Positions 9,213 through 17,854 of a stretch of DNA of 64,000 nucleotides are shown in pieces. Source of the stretch: Gemmatimonadota bacterium. GTDB taxonomy: Bacteria > Gemmatimonadota > Gemmatimonadetes > Palauibacterales > Palauibacteraceae. Below the pieces are notes generated by a model. The model was not told where the DNA came from. It saw nothing but the letters and a program-made list of their open reading frames with translations, and did not search any database. Positions within the stretch are counted from its first letter, which is position 1; each line of letters begins with the position of its first letter. Location: NCBI GenBank assembly GCA_963666735.1, contig OY762926.1:3232001-3296000 (forward strand). Direction: 5' to 3'. Position numbers and translations under genes: made by a program.

Positions 9213-10772
9213 ATGTCGACGGAACAGGAATCGGCAAGGACCCAGCCAACGTCCACGGTGACGATTGATCCGGACGACCCGGGAAGCCTGCCCGAAGGGA
9301 GGGTCGACTACGCGGCCCTGGACCGCACGACCGAGGCGGACCTGATCGCGCAGCAACGCGAGGACGACGCCGAAGCGATGCGGGACATGGCGCGGTTCGC
9401 GCGCCGGGTTCGCAGGCGCATGGGCCTGACGCAGGTGGAGTTTGCGCGGCGCATCGACGTATCGCACGAGACGATCCGCAACTGGGAACAGGGCAAGCGA
9501 GGCCCCACAGGCGCCGCCAGAACGTTGCTCCGGATCCTGGACAAAGCCCCGGAGATCGCGCTTCGGGTGCTGAACCGGGATGCCGCCGCTTTGGTCATCG
9601 TCTTGCTGGGCATGAGCCTCGCAGCTTGTCAGCACGATACCCGCACGCACGCCGGCGTCTCGGTTCAAGTAGAGGACAGCGCGGGCGTGCGGATCGTCGA
9701 GTACGTGGGAACCCCAATTGTCAACGCGTCGTTCCAGTTTCCCGCGCAGCCACGTTACCGCCACGGCGCCAACCCGGGTGACTACACCTTCCAGGGGATC
9801 CACCCCGGCACCATCCTCCCGGACGGGAGCGCCGTAGTATCGGATGTGTTCAACGGCGAACTGGTCGTGCTGAGCCCGGACGGCGCCACGCATGAAGTGC
9901 TTGCCGGGCCGGGAGAGGGACCGGGCGAAGTCGGCTACGTCGGGGCTGTGTATGCGCTGGGGCAGGACAGGGTTCTCGCGGCCGATCGCGACCTGGGCCG
10001 CGTGACGGTCTTCGCCGGCGGGTCGGTCGAGCGCACGGTGGATATCCGGAGCGCCTACGGCCTCGGTGTCCTCGGAATCAGTTCATCCGGACAGCTGCTG
10101 CTGGCCACGAGCAGCTTCCGCTCCGGTTTTGAAGAGCCGTGGCTTCCGGGACACATGGCCCGGTTCGACATGGAAACCAGCGCCCTCGACACGGTGGCAT
10201 CCTATGACTTCGCGTCGCGACCTCCTCCGGGGCTGCGGTGGGACCCCATCGGTGCATTCGGCCGGGTTGCGGGCGTCGCCGGTCAATTCGTCTACACGCG
10301 TTCCGACAAGCCCGAGGTCACTTGGCGTAGTCCTGGCGGGACCGTTACGCAGATCGTTCGCTGGCAGGCCAAGGCGGCTCCCCTGACCGAGGAGTTGCTC
10401 GCGGGCATCGAGGCCGGACTCCGCGCGGGCAACCGGATGGCCAATCCCGTCGCTGCGGATGCCGCTATCGATCGCATGACCGATGAGCACATGGCCGTGT
10501 ACCGGGCGAGGATCGGCGGGCCGATGCCGCTGTTTGCTATTCCCTTCGGAGACCTCGAGGGTCGGGTGTGGTTGCCTTCCTGGCGCGCGGGCGCTGCGCG
10601 CGAAGGCGCGTCGCACTACACCGTCATTTCCGCCGACGGAGAGTGGCTGGGGACCGTGGAGGGCCCGCCGGGACTTCGGATCCTGGACGTGGCCCACGGG
10701 CTCGTGCTCGGCGTCCAGCGGGACGAAATGGATGTGGAGAGCGTCGTGGTGTACGAGATGGTGAGGGAATAG
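9213..10772 (+). CDS. XRE-HTH antitoxin-like domain fused to lipoprotein 6-bladed beta-propeller
   Basis: GLTQVEFARRIDVSHETIRNWEQGKRGP HTH, then hydrophobic LVIVLLGMSLAAC lipobox, DSAGVRIVE and GEGPGE propeller motifs. Confidence 0.8.
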   Translation: MSTEQESARTQPTSTVTIDPDDPGSLPEGRVDYAALDRTTEADLIAQQREDDAEAMRDMARFARRVRRRMGLTQVEFARRIDVSHETIRNWEQGKRGPTGAARTLLRILDKAPEIALRVLNRDAAALVIVLLGMSLAACQHDTRTHAGVSVQVEDSAGVRIVEYVGTPIVNASFQFPAQPRYRHGANPGDYTFQGIHPGTILPDGSAVVSDVFNGELVVLSPDGATHEVLAGPGEGPGEVGYVGAVYALGQDRVLAADRDLGRVTVFAGGSVERTVDIRSAYGLGVLGISSSGQLLLATSSFRSGFEEPWLPGHMARFDMETSALDTVASYDFASRPPPGLRWDPIGAFGRVAGVAGQFVYTRSDKPEVTWRSPGGTVTQIVRWQAKAAPLTEELLAGIEAGLRAGNRMANPVAADAAIDRMTDEHMAVYRARIGGPMPLFAIPFGDLEGRVWLPSWRAGAAREGASHYTVISADGEWLGTVEGPPGLRILDVAHGLVLGVQRDEMDVESVVVYEMVRE

Positions 10773-10836
10773 CGTCCCCGCCGTACCTGCCCGCGATGTG
10801 CCGAATGGCCGCGGGAAGCAGTCGTGCCATCTTGGT
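10772..10836 (-). pseudogene. Internal fragment of the EndoIII-like gene
   Basis: 57/65 nt identical to 8049-8113 (KMARLLPAAIRHIAGRYGGDA). Confidence 0.75.
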
Positions 10837-10856
10837 CGCCGGGGATTGCGAGGCCC

Positions 10857-11357
10857 TCACCGGTCCACACCGGATCCGAGCACGGAGGCCCCGCAGGCCG
10901 GACACCGTCCCCGCAGCGCCCCGTCTCGGATGTGGCCGCACTCCCGGCACGTTCGCTTCTGCCGCGCGCGCCGCCCGATGACCGCGAGCGCGTCCGCCGT
11001 CTCGTCCCTCGCCTCTACCTCCGGCGCGGCGTGGGTCGGGGACGGAAGGCGTCGGCGCGTATCGCGGTCGATGCGCACCGGGACGGCCGGGAGGATTGCG
11101 TCCCGCCCCCCGCGCTGGAGTCCGGGGACGGGTCGCCGCCTGCGCTGCGTCCAGCGTCGGGCGCAGCGCGTTGCAGTCGCGCGTGTCCGATGACGCGTCC
11201 CGCATCCGTCCTTCACGGTCTCACCGGGGAGGCCCTCCGACGGCGTGCAGGTCCACGCCTCCACCGGCCGCCGCGTCCGCTGCGCCAGCCCCTCCGCAAT
11301 CCGCCGCAACCAACGAACCCGCGCCGTCAAGCCAACCTTCTCGTTTCTCTCCTGCAT
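10857..11357 (-). CDS. Possible hypothetical protein with C-terminal zinc ribbon
   Basis: CRECGHIRDGALRGRCPACG at C-terminus; remainder low complexity. Confidence 0.35.
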   Translation of the reverse strand: MQERNEKVGLTARVRWLRRIAEGLAQRTRRPVEAWTCTPSEGLPGETVKDGCGTRHRTRATATRCARRWTQRRRRPVPGLQRGGRDAILPAVPVRIDRDTRRRLPSPTHAAPEVEARDETADALAVIGRRARQKRTCRECGHIRDGALRGRCPACGASVLGSGVDR

Positions 11358-11702
11358 TCTGTCAGTACGGTGTGGACCGGCCGGACCCGAATGTAGCACG
11401 GGCAGCCAAGTCGGGGTTAACCCCTCCTCGGCGCTCCGCAACCCGATCGGGGGCGCCGTGTCGGAATCCCAAGAGGGTGGCCGTCGATTAAGCGCTGGCT
11501 GTGCCAAGAGAGATGCGGAGCCCCGGCGGATGGGGCTATCGTTAGACGGGATGGGCGGTCGGTGTGAGCGAAGACGCAGTCGCCGACTGTTGGCGCGCGC
11601 GCCGAACATCTCGAACGTGCGGGCCCGGGACCCTGGGGAAGGGCAGGAACGGTGACATCCAAGACTCCAGGCAGTGATCGGGAGGCGCGGGCGGAGGCAA
11701 TC

Positions 11703-11927
11703 ATGACGGACAAGCTTATCGACAGGAACCCCGACATCCTGGGCGGGACTCCCGTGTTCTCCGGCACGAGGGTCCCAGTGCGGATACTCATGGAGCATCT
11801 CGAAGCGGGGGACCGACTCGACGATTTCCTCGACGACTACCCTACGGTCTCGCGGGATCAGGCGGTCGAACTGCTTGAGCTTGCCGCGACGATGCTGGTG
11901 GGCGGTGGCAATGAGAGTCCTGTTTGA
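11703..11927 (+). CDS. DUF433 antitoxin
   Basis: IDRNPDILGGTPVFSGTRVPV...FLDDYPTV; GGAGG RBS. Confidence 0.9.
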   Translation: MTDKLIDRNPDILGGTPVFSGTRVPVRILMEHLEAGDRLDDFLDDYPTVSRDQAVELLELAATMLVGGGNESPV

Positions 11928-11929
11928 CT
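11911..11929 (+). pseudogene. Six-codon stub of DUF5615 PIN-like toxin
   Basis: ATG overlapping DUF433 end encodes MRVLFD, the usual partner's N-terminus, then runs into the hicB 3' end. Confidence 0.55.
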
Positions 11930-11947
11930 TGCGCCCGGCCGACTCCG

Positions 11948-12376
11948 CTAAACGGTCGCGTCCTCCGCGACGAGCCGCCGCCCCACCTTCGCGAGCGCTC
12001 TCTCGATCTGTCCGATGTGTGAGCGGTGATTCGGGTTCAGAAGCTTCCGAACCGCTCCCTCGCTTAGGCCCAGGCGCCGCGCCAGACCGACCTTCGTAAG
12101 CCCCTGCTCCCGCATGGCGGTGTAGAGAGCGAGCTTCGCCGCAACGACCAGTGGGACCGCGATCATCTCCTGCTCGCCCACCGCGGTCTCCGGCACCGGA
12201 ATGTCCTCGCGACACTGCATGTACGAACCGAGCGCCACGGCTAGGGCGTCCTCGGCCATGGCCAAGGCTTCGTCCCGTTCGTCGCCGCATGTCAGCGCCT
12301 CCGGCACATTCGGGAACGACACCGAGTAGCCGCCGTTCTTCTCGGGCGTCAGCTCACAAGGATAAACGTACCGCAT
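11948..12376 (-). CDS. hicB: HicB-family antitoxin with C-terminal HTH
   Basis: GGYSVSFPNVPEALTCGDERDEALAMAEDAL; HTH LARRLGLSEGAVRKLL. Confidence 0.92.
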   Translation of the reverse strand: MRYVYPCELTPEKNGGYSVSFPNVPEALTCGDERDEALAMAEDALAVALGSYMQCREDIPVPETAVGEQEMIAVPLVVAAKLALYTAMREQGLTKVGLARRLGLSEGAVRKLLNPNHRSHIGQIERALAKVGRRLVAEDATV

Positions 12377-12436
12377 CAGAAGTCCTCCTCACGGATTTCC
12401 AGTTGCCGCTCGCCGCACGAACTCCGCACCGTTCAC
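12376..12436 (-). pseudogene. hicA: HicA toxin with internal deletion
   Basis: GTG NGAEFVRRA joined out of frame to QLEIREEDF-TGA overlapping the hicB ATG. Confidence 0.65.
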
Positions 12437-12446
12437 TTCTTCAAGA

Positions 12447-12464
12447 TCGTACGCAAAGGTACGA
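12447..12464. promoter_or_regulatory. Probable hicAB operator
   Basis: Perfect inverted repeat TCGTAC-N6-GTACGA just upstream of the hicA start. Confidence 0.55.
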
Positions 12465-12822
12465 AAGTCGAGTTGCCTTCGATCAGCAGGTACATGCGCC
12501 AACTCCGTCGTTGAGGCTTGTGCCATCCAGCCGTACGTTGGCTGGGAATAGTCATGCGACCGGCGCGGTTGCCGTAGCGACCCGATTGAACGGTTGCCTC
12601 GGGGCGGCAGCTCTCTCATGCGGTGAGAGGCTGCCGCCCCGCTTACATCCCCGACGCGATGAGTCTGCGTGGGGAGGAGTGAGCAAACCGGCTTTCCTTG
12701 AGTATGCCAAGCAACGTCATCGCGCGTTCAACGCGGTGAGCTGCCGCGCCGCCGCGGGGTGCGAGCCGACCGGGACACAACCGGCCGGCAGGGTGTATCA
12801 CGATCCAGATGCGGGGGTGCGG

Positions 12823-13136
12823 ATGAAGACACCAGACTCGATTGCCGTCGACCGGGCGCTCCCGCTCGAGCGGAAGTTCCCCAACGAGGAAACGCGACGC
12901 GCCATGGCTGAAATCGACGAGATGATAAGACGCGCGCAGAGCGTTTCGCGACCGCGGACGAGCCGCTTGAGGAACTCGAAGACAATCATCCTCAGCCGGA
13001 AGGCGACGCGAAGGTGCCGAACGCTGAAACCCGCCGGGCCATGGCCGAGTCGGAGGAAATGATGAGACGAGGGACGGCTCGATTCGCGAGCGCGGAAGAG
13101 ATGTTTGCCGAGCTTGAGAAAGCCGGCGACCATTAA
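12823..13136 (+). pseudogene. Two tandem RelB/DinJ antitoxin C-terminal relics
   Basis: LPLERKFPNEETRRAMAE.. and KVPNAETRRAMAESEEM...FASAEEMFAELE*, like intact dinJ LVPNAATIEAMRE. Confidence 0.7.
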
Positions 13137-13150
13137 GACCGGCCCGGGCG

Positions 13151-13633
13151 CTACCCGGCGAATTCGTACACGAGGTCGTCGCCGGACACACCCGTGATTC
13201 GAAGAACGACCGTGCCCGCGCCGGGTCCGTAGGACTGCTGGTAGCGCGTCCTGACCAGGGCGAGGTCGAAGTCGAGCGACTCGGTGACCCACGCCTCGCA
13301 GGCATCGCCGTTCGCCTCATGAGCGAGCACGGCCCGAAGTTGCACGGGATCCGACTCCAGGAACGTCTTGGAGATCACCAACGTGAAGTCGTGCCTCCGG
13401 CAGCCGCCGGCGTACGAGACTTCGATGGTCAGCCCGTGTCCGTCGACGGCGGCCGAGTTCACGACGTAGGGGTCGCCTCCGCGGTTGCGGCCGTCCTCGA
13501 CCACGACGTTGCGTTCGGGGGCACCTGGAGCGACCGGCGATTCACCGCATCCGAGCGCGGCGAACAGGCCGAGCAGAAGCCCGGTCGAGGCCGCAACCCT
13601 CGCCGCAGGACCCAGTCGGGCTAGCAGGGGCCG
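13151..13633 (-). CDS. Hypothetical lipoprotein lacking a canonical start codon
   Basis: Open frame from 13633 with LLLGLFAALGC lipobox; SYAGGC...DACEA domain; first GTG only at 13504. Confidence 0.6.
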   Translation of the reverse strand, partial: RPLLARLGPAARVAASTGLLLGLFAALGCGESPVAPGAPERNVVVEDGRNRGGDPYVVNSAAVDGHGLTIEVSYAGGCRRHDFTLVISKTFLESDPVQLRAVLAHEANGDACEAWVTESLDFDLALVRTRYQQSYGPGAGTVVLRITGVSGDDLVYEFAG

Positions 13634-14464
13634 CTAAGGGCGCAGCAGCAAGCCTGCGGTCAGTCCCGCTTCGCTTGCCTTCATGTTTGAACGAACGGTG
13701 AAGACGACGTCTTCGAACTCCGTGATCCACGCTTCCCGGGCGTAGACCGAATAGCTCGCCTCGACCCGCAGCGCGACCCGCTCGCTCAACGTCTTCTCCA
13801 GTCCGATCCCGGACTTCCAGACCGGAAAGTTCATGTCGCGGTCCTCCCGGCCGGACTCGAACTGTGAGGGATCGCAGGGTTCGGTCGTGAAACAGCCGTC
13901 GAAGCGGTTGGTGAACTGCGCACCGGCAAAGCGGACTCCGGCGAGGACGTGCAGGCTGATGCCTCGCGACTGCAAGCCCCCCGGACTGCCGCCGAGCCTC
14001 AGCGTCATCCCGTAGCTGGTTTCCTTACCGAGGTTCCACCGGACCGGCCAACTTTCGCCGAGTTGCTTTCGTTCCGGCGAAATCCCCACGCCCGCGAACT
14101 GCGCCTCCGCGGCGCCGCCGTGCGTCTCCACGTCAACCGCCGCATCCAGAAAATAGGCCCCGCTGAAGAACGGCAGCCGGTACCCCGCGACCAAACCGGC
14201 CCCGTACGAGAGACCGTCCCCGGAGACCTCGTCTTCGAAGACCTGCCCGCGCCTGGGCTCCGGCACCAGCGTGTTGGGCGCCGTGTTGTCGACCGACCTC
14301 TGCATCGTCGCGCTCAGCTGCCCGAGCGGGAACGCCACGCCCACGTAGAAGCCGCCGTTTCCGGCCGAGCCATCGTCCGCTTGACCGGCAAGACCCGCTA
14401 TGGCTCCGAACGCCGCCAAAACGAGGCAGCCAAGCAAGCCTGTGGTCGACACTCGTGGGAACAT
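13634..14464 (-). CDS. Outer-membrane beta-barrel (porin-like) protein
   Basis: Signal peptide, GGFYVG, alternating beta strands, ALRVEASY. Confidence 0.7.
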   Translation of the reverse strand: MFPRVSTTGLLGCLVLAAFGAIAGLAGQADDGSAGNGGFYVGVAFPLGQLSATMQRSVDNTAPNTLVPEPRRGQVFEDEVSGDGLSYGAGLVAGYRLPFFSGAYFLDAAVDVETHGGAAEAQFAGVGISPERKQLGESWPVRWNLGKETSYGMTLRLGGSPGGLQSRGISLHVLAGVRFAGAQFTNRFDGCFTTEPCDPSQFESGREDRDMNFPVWKSGIGLEKTLSERVALRVEASYSVYAREAWITEFEDVVFTVRSNMKASEAGLTAGLLLRP

Positions 14465-14465
14465 C

Positions 14466-15734
14466 TCACGCTCCGTTCTGTGCAGGGCCAGACGCGCACG
14501 TCCGATCGACCAGATACCGGTGAAGGTACGGGATGCCGAATTCGCCGTACGTGGCGCCCCAGATCTCGTCACGGCTCGCGAGGGCAACCGCGAGACGGGG
14601 GTCCCAAGGTACCAGCGAAGTGCGGCCGTGCCCGATCTCTACCGTACCTTCCAGCGTTCCATCCGAATCGTATACCTCCCACACATCGACACGGTCCTCA
14701 CGCATCTCTCGAAGCAACCAGATGGTTCCGTCCGTTCCTGCGACGACCTGCCGGACCGGGGGGAGGTATTCCGGAACCCAAAAAACTCCGCGAGCAGCAC
14801 GACGCCTGCGCTCGAGTGTTGTCTCGGTTAGCTGAAGACCTGAGGAAGGGTAGTAGTCCCCGGCCCTCCAGCCTGCGTACTCGTCCGCCAAGCGGCGTTC
14901 CATCGCGCGGGTGACTTCGCGCGGTTCGTACTCGACGGACCGGTGCAGGAGCGTGTCTCCGCGGATCGATATCACCAGAAGGTCGAAGGTCGGCGGGGTC
15001 GCGTCTTCACGCACTTCCCCGATCCGTACGACCGCGGCGCCGTCGGGCTTGACCGCGGTGAGGTATTCGCCGAGGCCGAGAGGGGGGAGGTCCCTGAGGG
15101 GGTGTGTGCCGGGGAACAACCCGGCGTCCCTCTCATTCTCAATCGCGTTACCCGGCCATTCCATCTTGGCGATCGTGTCGAGGACTTCGCCGGATCGTGA
15201 GAGGCGGCGCAACGCGAGTCCTGGGTTCTCGCCTCGGGATGACAAGGCCAGTCCATCGGTGATGCGGCGCCTGCCAATGAGCGTGCCGTCGGCGAGCATG
15301 CGGCCCGGGGTCAACAACGACCCCTCCTCGGGCACGCTCCGCGAGAACTGGATGATTTGGTCCGGCCGGCGCTCGTCCGCGGTGAACAGCTGGATCCGGT
15401 TGAAGTCGGCTACCCAGAGGGTGTCTCCGATCCAGCCGACGGCGCGCGCCGCAAGCTCTATATCGCCTGGCCCCTGGCCAGCACGACCGATCCGGCGAAG
15501 CACTTGGCCATCAAGAGAGAAGACCGTGACCGCGGGCACCATGGCCTGAGCGACGTAGAGGGCGCTGTCGGGACCGATCGCGAGATCCAGGACGCTCGCA
15601 ACGAGGTCCGTGCTTTCCACGGATCCGATCCGCAAAACCTCTTCCAACTGCCAGGGCGTCGGACACGCGACCTGTGCGCGCATCCCCGCCGGAGCGCAAA
15701 GAAGCACGGCAATCGCACAAATCAGCAGACGCAC
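14466..15734 (-). CDS. 6-bladed beta-propeller protein
   Basis: GAGG RBS + GTG, signal peptide, IGRAGQGPGD, GDTLWVAD, DGTIW motifs. Confidence 0.8.
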   Translation of the reverse strand: MRLLICAIAVLLCAPAGMRAQVACPTPWQLEEVLRIGSVESTDLVASVLDLAIGPDSALYVAQAMVPAVTVFSLDGQVLRRIGRAGQGPGDIELAARAVGWIGDTLWVADFNRIQLFTADERRPDQIIQFSRSVPEEGSLLTPGRMLADGTLIGRRRITDGLALSSRGENPGLALRRLSRSGEVLDTIAKMEWPGNAIENERDAGLFPGTHPLRDLPPLGLGEYLTAVKPDGAAVVRIGEVREDATPPTFDLLVISIRGDTLLHRSVEYEPREVTRAMERRLADEYAGWRAGDYYPSSGLQLTETTLERRRRAARGVFWVPEYLPPVRQVVAGTDGTIWLLREMREDRVDVWEVYDSDGTLEGTVEIGHGRTSLVPWDPRLAVALASRDEIWGATYGEFGIPYLHRYLVDRTCASGPAQNGA

Positions 15735-15752
15735 ATATGCCTCCCCCTCGTT

Positions 15753-15872
15753 CAGCAGGCGCGATACGGTCCCCCGCCCGCACCCCAGGCGCGAGGCCGT
15801 CTCGGTCACGTTCCAGCCGACCTCGTCCATGCTCTCGCGGATCAGTTCGCCCAATGCGGAGGGTTGAACATC
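15753..15872 (-). pseudogene. Frameshifted, truncated HigA relic
   Basis: Closely matches 8612-8732; 1-nt deletion after NPPH; ends at propeller RBS. Confidence 0.8.
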
Positions 15873-16026
15873 GGGCCCGCGGACAAAGACCCGAGTCACG
15901 TTCACGGGAGTCGGCAGCATCATGAACCTGAGGATCGAGTTGCCTGGTGCCGACAGTTCCCTCCCCCCAGCCGGGAGGCGTCGCGGGACTACCCGAAGAG
16001 GCAATCGCCGTGAACGACCGCGAGGG

Positions 16027-16308
16027 TTAGAGGCCAAGTGCCGAATGGGAGCCCAGACGCACCAGACGCAGGATATCGGTCCCGGACTTCTGGTAAATCA
16101 TCAGCAGGTCCGGCTTCAGGTGGCAGTCGCGGAAATCTTGCCACTCGCCGCTCAGCGCGTGGTCGTGGTGACGGGGCTCCAGCGGCCGGTCGTTGGCCAG
16201 GGTATCCACGACTGTGGCCAGGATGGCGTCGAGGTATGCTCGGTGCCGGCCCCGCGACTCCCGCTTGTAGTCGCGCTTGAACCGGCTGGTGCGCTCAATC
16301 GTCCGCAC
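16027..16308 (-). CDS. yafQ: YafQ-family mRNA interferase toxin
   Basis: FKRDYK, DHALSGEW, RDCHLKPD, LVRLGSHS. Confidence 0.92.
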   Translation of the reverse strand: MRTIERTSRFKRDYKRESRGRHRAYLDAILATVVDTLANDRPLEPRHHDHALSGEWQDFRDCHLKPDLLMIYQKSGTDILRLVRLGSHSALGL

Positions 16309-16555
16309 GCAGATCGTCGAAGAGGTCCTCCACGCTGGCGAACGGCGGGAGGTCACCCCGGCGGGCTTCCCTCATCGCTTCAATGGTGGCGGCGTTGGGA
16401 ACCAGCGGCGCGAACGGCAGCGCTTTCTCGTGGGCGACCTTGGTCAGCAGCAGGCGCAACGCGCCGGAGACGGTCAAGCCCATGGCCGCCAGCACCGTGG
16501 CCGCCTCCTCCTTTATTGCTTCGTCAATGCGGGCTTGGACGAGCTGGTTCGGCAT
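16295..16555 (-). CDS. dinJ: RelB/DinJ antitoxin
   Basis: VQARIDEAIKEEAATVLAAMGLTVS...LPF...PNAATIEAM; overlaps yafQ. Confidence 0.92.
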   Translation of the reverse strand: MPNQLVQARIDEAIKEEAATVLAAMGLTVSGALRLLLTKVAHEKALPFAPLVPNAATIEAMREARRGDLPPFASVEDLFDDLRADD

Positions 16556-16614
16556 GTCGAGCATCCATCTTTCGGGTTGACGTACAATATCATGCAGGAT
16601 CGCAGGCTGGCCGG

Positions 16615-16785
16615 TCAAGGTTTCGCATCGAGCAAGTCCACGGACAGGCAACCCTCAACCGCCTCGCGGATGTTTCGCAGCAGCTCGTCGAACGACTCGC
16701 CTTGGGATACGCATCCCGCGATGGCCGGTACTTCCGCCCAGTAGCCGCCTTCCTCCGCCCGATGAACGACCATCACCGCGCCCAT
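16615..16785 (-). CDS. Short HicB-like antitoxin (56 aa, absent from ORF track)
   Basis: MGAVMVVHRAEEGGYWAEVPAIAGCVSQGESFDELLRNIREAVEGCL. Confidence 0.8.
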   Translation of the reverse strand: MGAVMVVHRAEEGGYWAEVPAIAGCVSQGESFDELLRNIREAVEGCLSVDLLDAKP

Positions 16786-16802
16786 CGGTCATGAACGTTG
16801 GC

Positions 16803-17225
16803 TCAGCGGGTTCGCCAGAGCCGCAGCGACGAGATGCCCCCGGCTCTCGAGGCGCGACGCACATATCGTTCGTCCGCCGTGACGAACACACCTCCGAGGC
16901 CAAGCGCCACGGCATGGTACGCGGCGTCGTAGAAGGCGACTCCGTACGTCACAGCCAGAGACACGGTGCGCCTTCTCCAGTTTGCGTCGAGCCGCGCCTC
17001 CGTCAGGCCGAAGTCGGCCAGCGATGCCAGGAGCGCGTCGGCGTCATCGGGAAACCGCCTCGCCAGCGTGTTGCCCACCTCGTAGATCCAGAGTTGAGGA
17101 ACGACCAGATCGAGGGTCCCCGACACCGCCTCCTCACGTAGCGCGAGCGCCGCGTCCGTGTCCTGCTCGCTGCCGCCCGGAAGAACCCACTTCAGAAGAA
17201 CCGACGCGTCCGGCGTTACGATCAC
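16803..17225 (-). CDS. vapC: VapC PIN-domain toxin
   Basis: DASVLLKW, YEVGN, FYDAAY, VTAD. Confidence 0.9.
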   Translation of the reverse strand: MIVTPDASVLLKWVLPGGSEQDTDAALALREEAVSGTLDLVVPQLWIYEVGNTLARRFPDDADALLASLADFGLTEARLDANWRRRTVSLAVTYGVAFYDAAYHAVALGLGGVFVTADERYVRRASRAGGISSLRLWRTR

Positions 17226-17455
17226 GGCAGCCGTTGCTCCCGCTCCTCCCGTATCCATCGGACGATCTGGCCGGTCTCGACGGCTGGCAATCGCGCTCGC
17301 AATGCGTCCATCCGGGCGGAGGCGTCCCGCTTCCCGGAAGCACCCGACCACTCGCGGATGGCGGCGTTGACGGCGCGGCTGCGGGTACCGCGCGGCAGCC
17401 TCTGCAACACACGCCACGAGTCCTCGTCCATCATGATGTTGACCCGTCGAGCCAT
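17222..17455 (-). CDS. RHH-like antitoxin
   Basis: RVNIMMDED...RSRAVNAAI...IVRWIREERE; 4-nt overlap with vapC. Confidence 0.8.
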   Translation of the reverse strand: MARRVNIMMDEDSWRVLQRLPRGTRSRAVNAAIREWSGASGKRDASARMDALRARLPAVETGQIVRWIREEREQRLP

Positions 17456-17483
17456 ATTGTTTTCCTCCCGAGTACGCCGGACA

Positions 17484-17502
17484 GTGTGTAAAGATTACAC
17501 AC
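17484..17502. promoter_or_regulatory. TA operator palindrome
   Basis: GTGTGTAA-AGA-TTACACAC upstream of the antitoxin. Confidence 0.65.
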
Positions 17503-17572
17503 CATCACGCATCCTCGCAAACCTCCCCGGCGTGACCTTGATCGATGGCACCAGAATGGCATCATTATTACC

Positions 17573-17854
17573 ATGGAAACTACCATCGACAAAGCTGGCC
17601 GCCTGGTTGTGCCCAAGGCGGTTCGGGAGGCGAGCCGGTTACGCCCCGGAACCCGCGTCCGCTTCCGGGTCCGGGACGGCCGCGTCGAGATCGAACCCGT
17701 ACCGCTGGACGTCTCGCTTGAACGGCATGGTTCCGCCGTGGTCGCGGTGCCGCGAGAGGGACGGCCCGTCCTGACGGCGGCGGAGGTCGAGGAGACGACC
17801 TTCGGCCTCCGCTCCGGCGCACCCTCGGCAGAGGGGACTCAAGGGGCCGGGTGA
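17573..17854 (+). CDS. AbrB/MazE-family antitoxin
   Basis: TTIDKAGRLVVPKAVRE...LRPG. Confidence 0.9.
   Translation: METTIDKAGRLVVPKAVREASRLRPGTRVRFRVRDGRVEIEPVPLDVSLERHGSAVVAVPREGRPVLTAAEVEETTFGLRSGAPSAEGTQGAG

Noticed and set aside
13634..13636. Pyrrolysine/recoded TAG joining porin and lipoprotein
   Set aside because: No supporting machinery in view; the downstream part has its own signal peptide
15900..16020. Possible HigB relic upstream of the HigA fragment
   Set aside because: Similarity (LSAPGNSILRF) too weak to support
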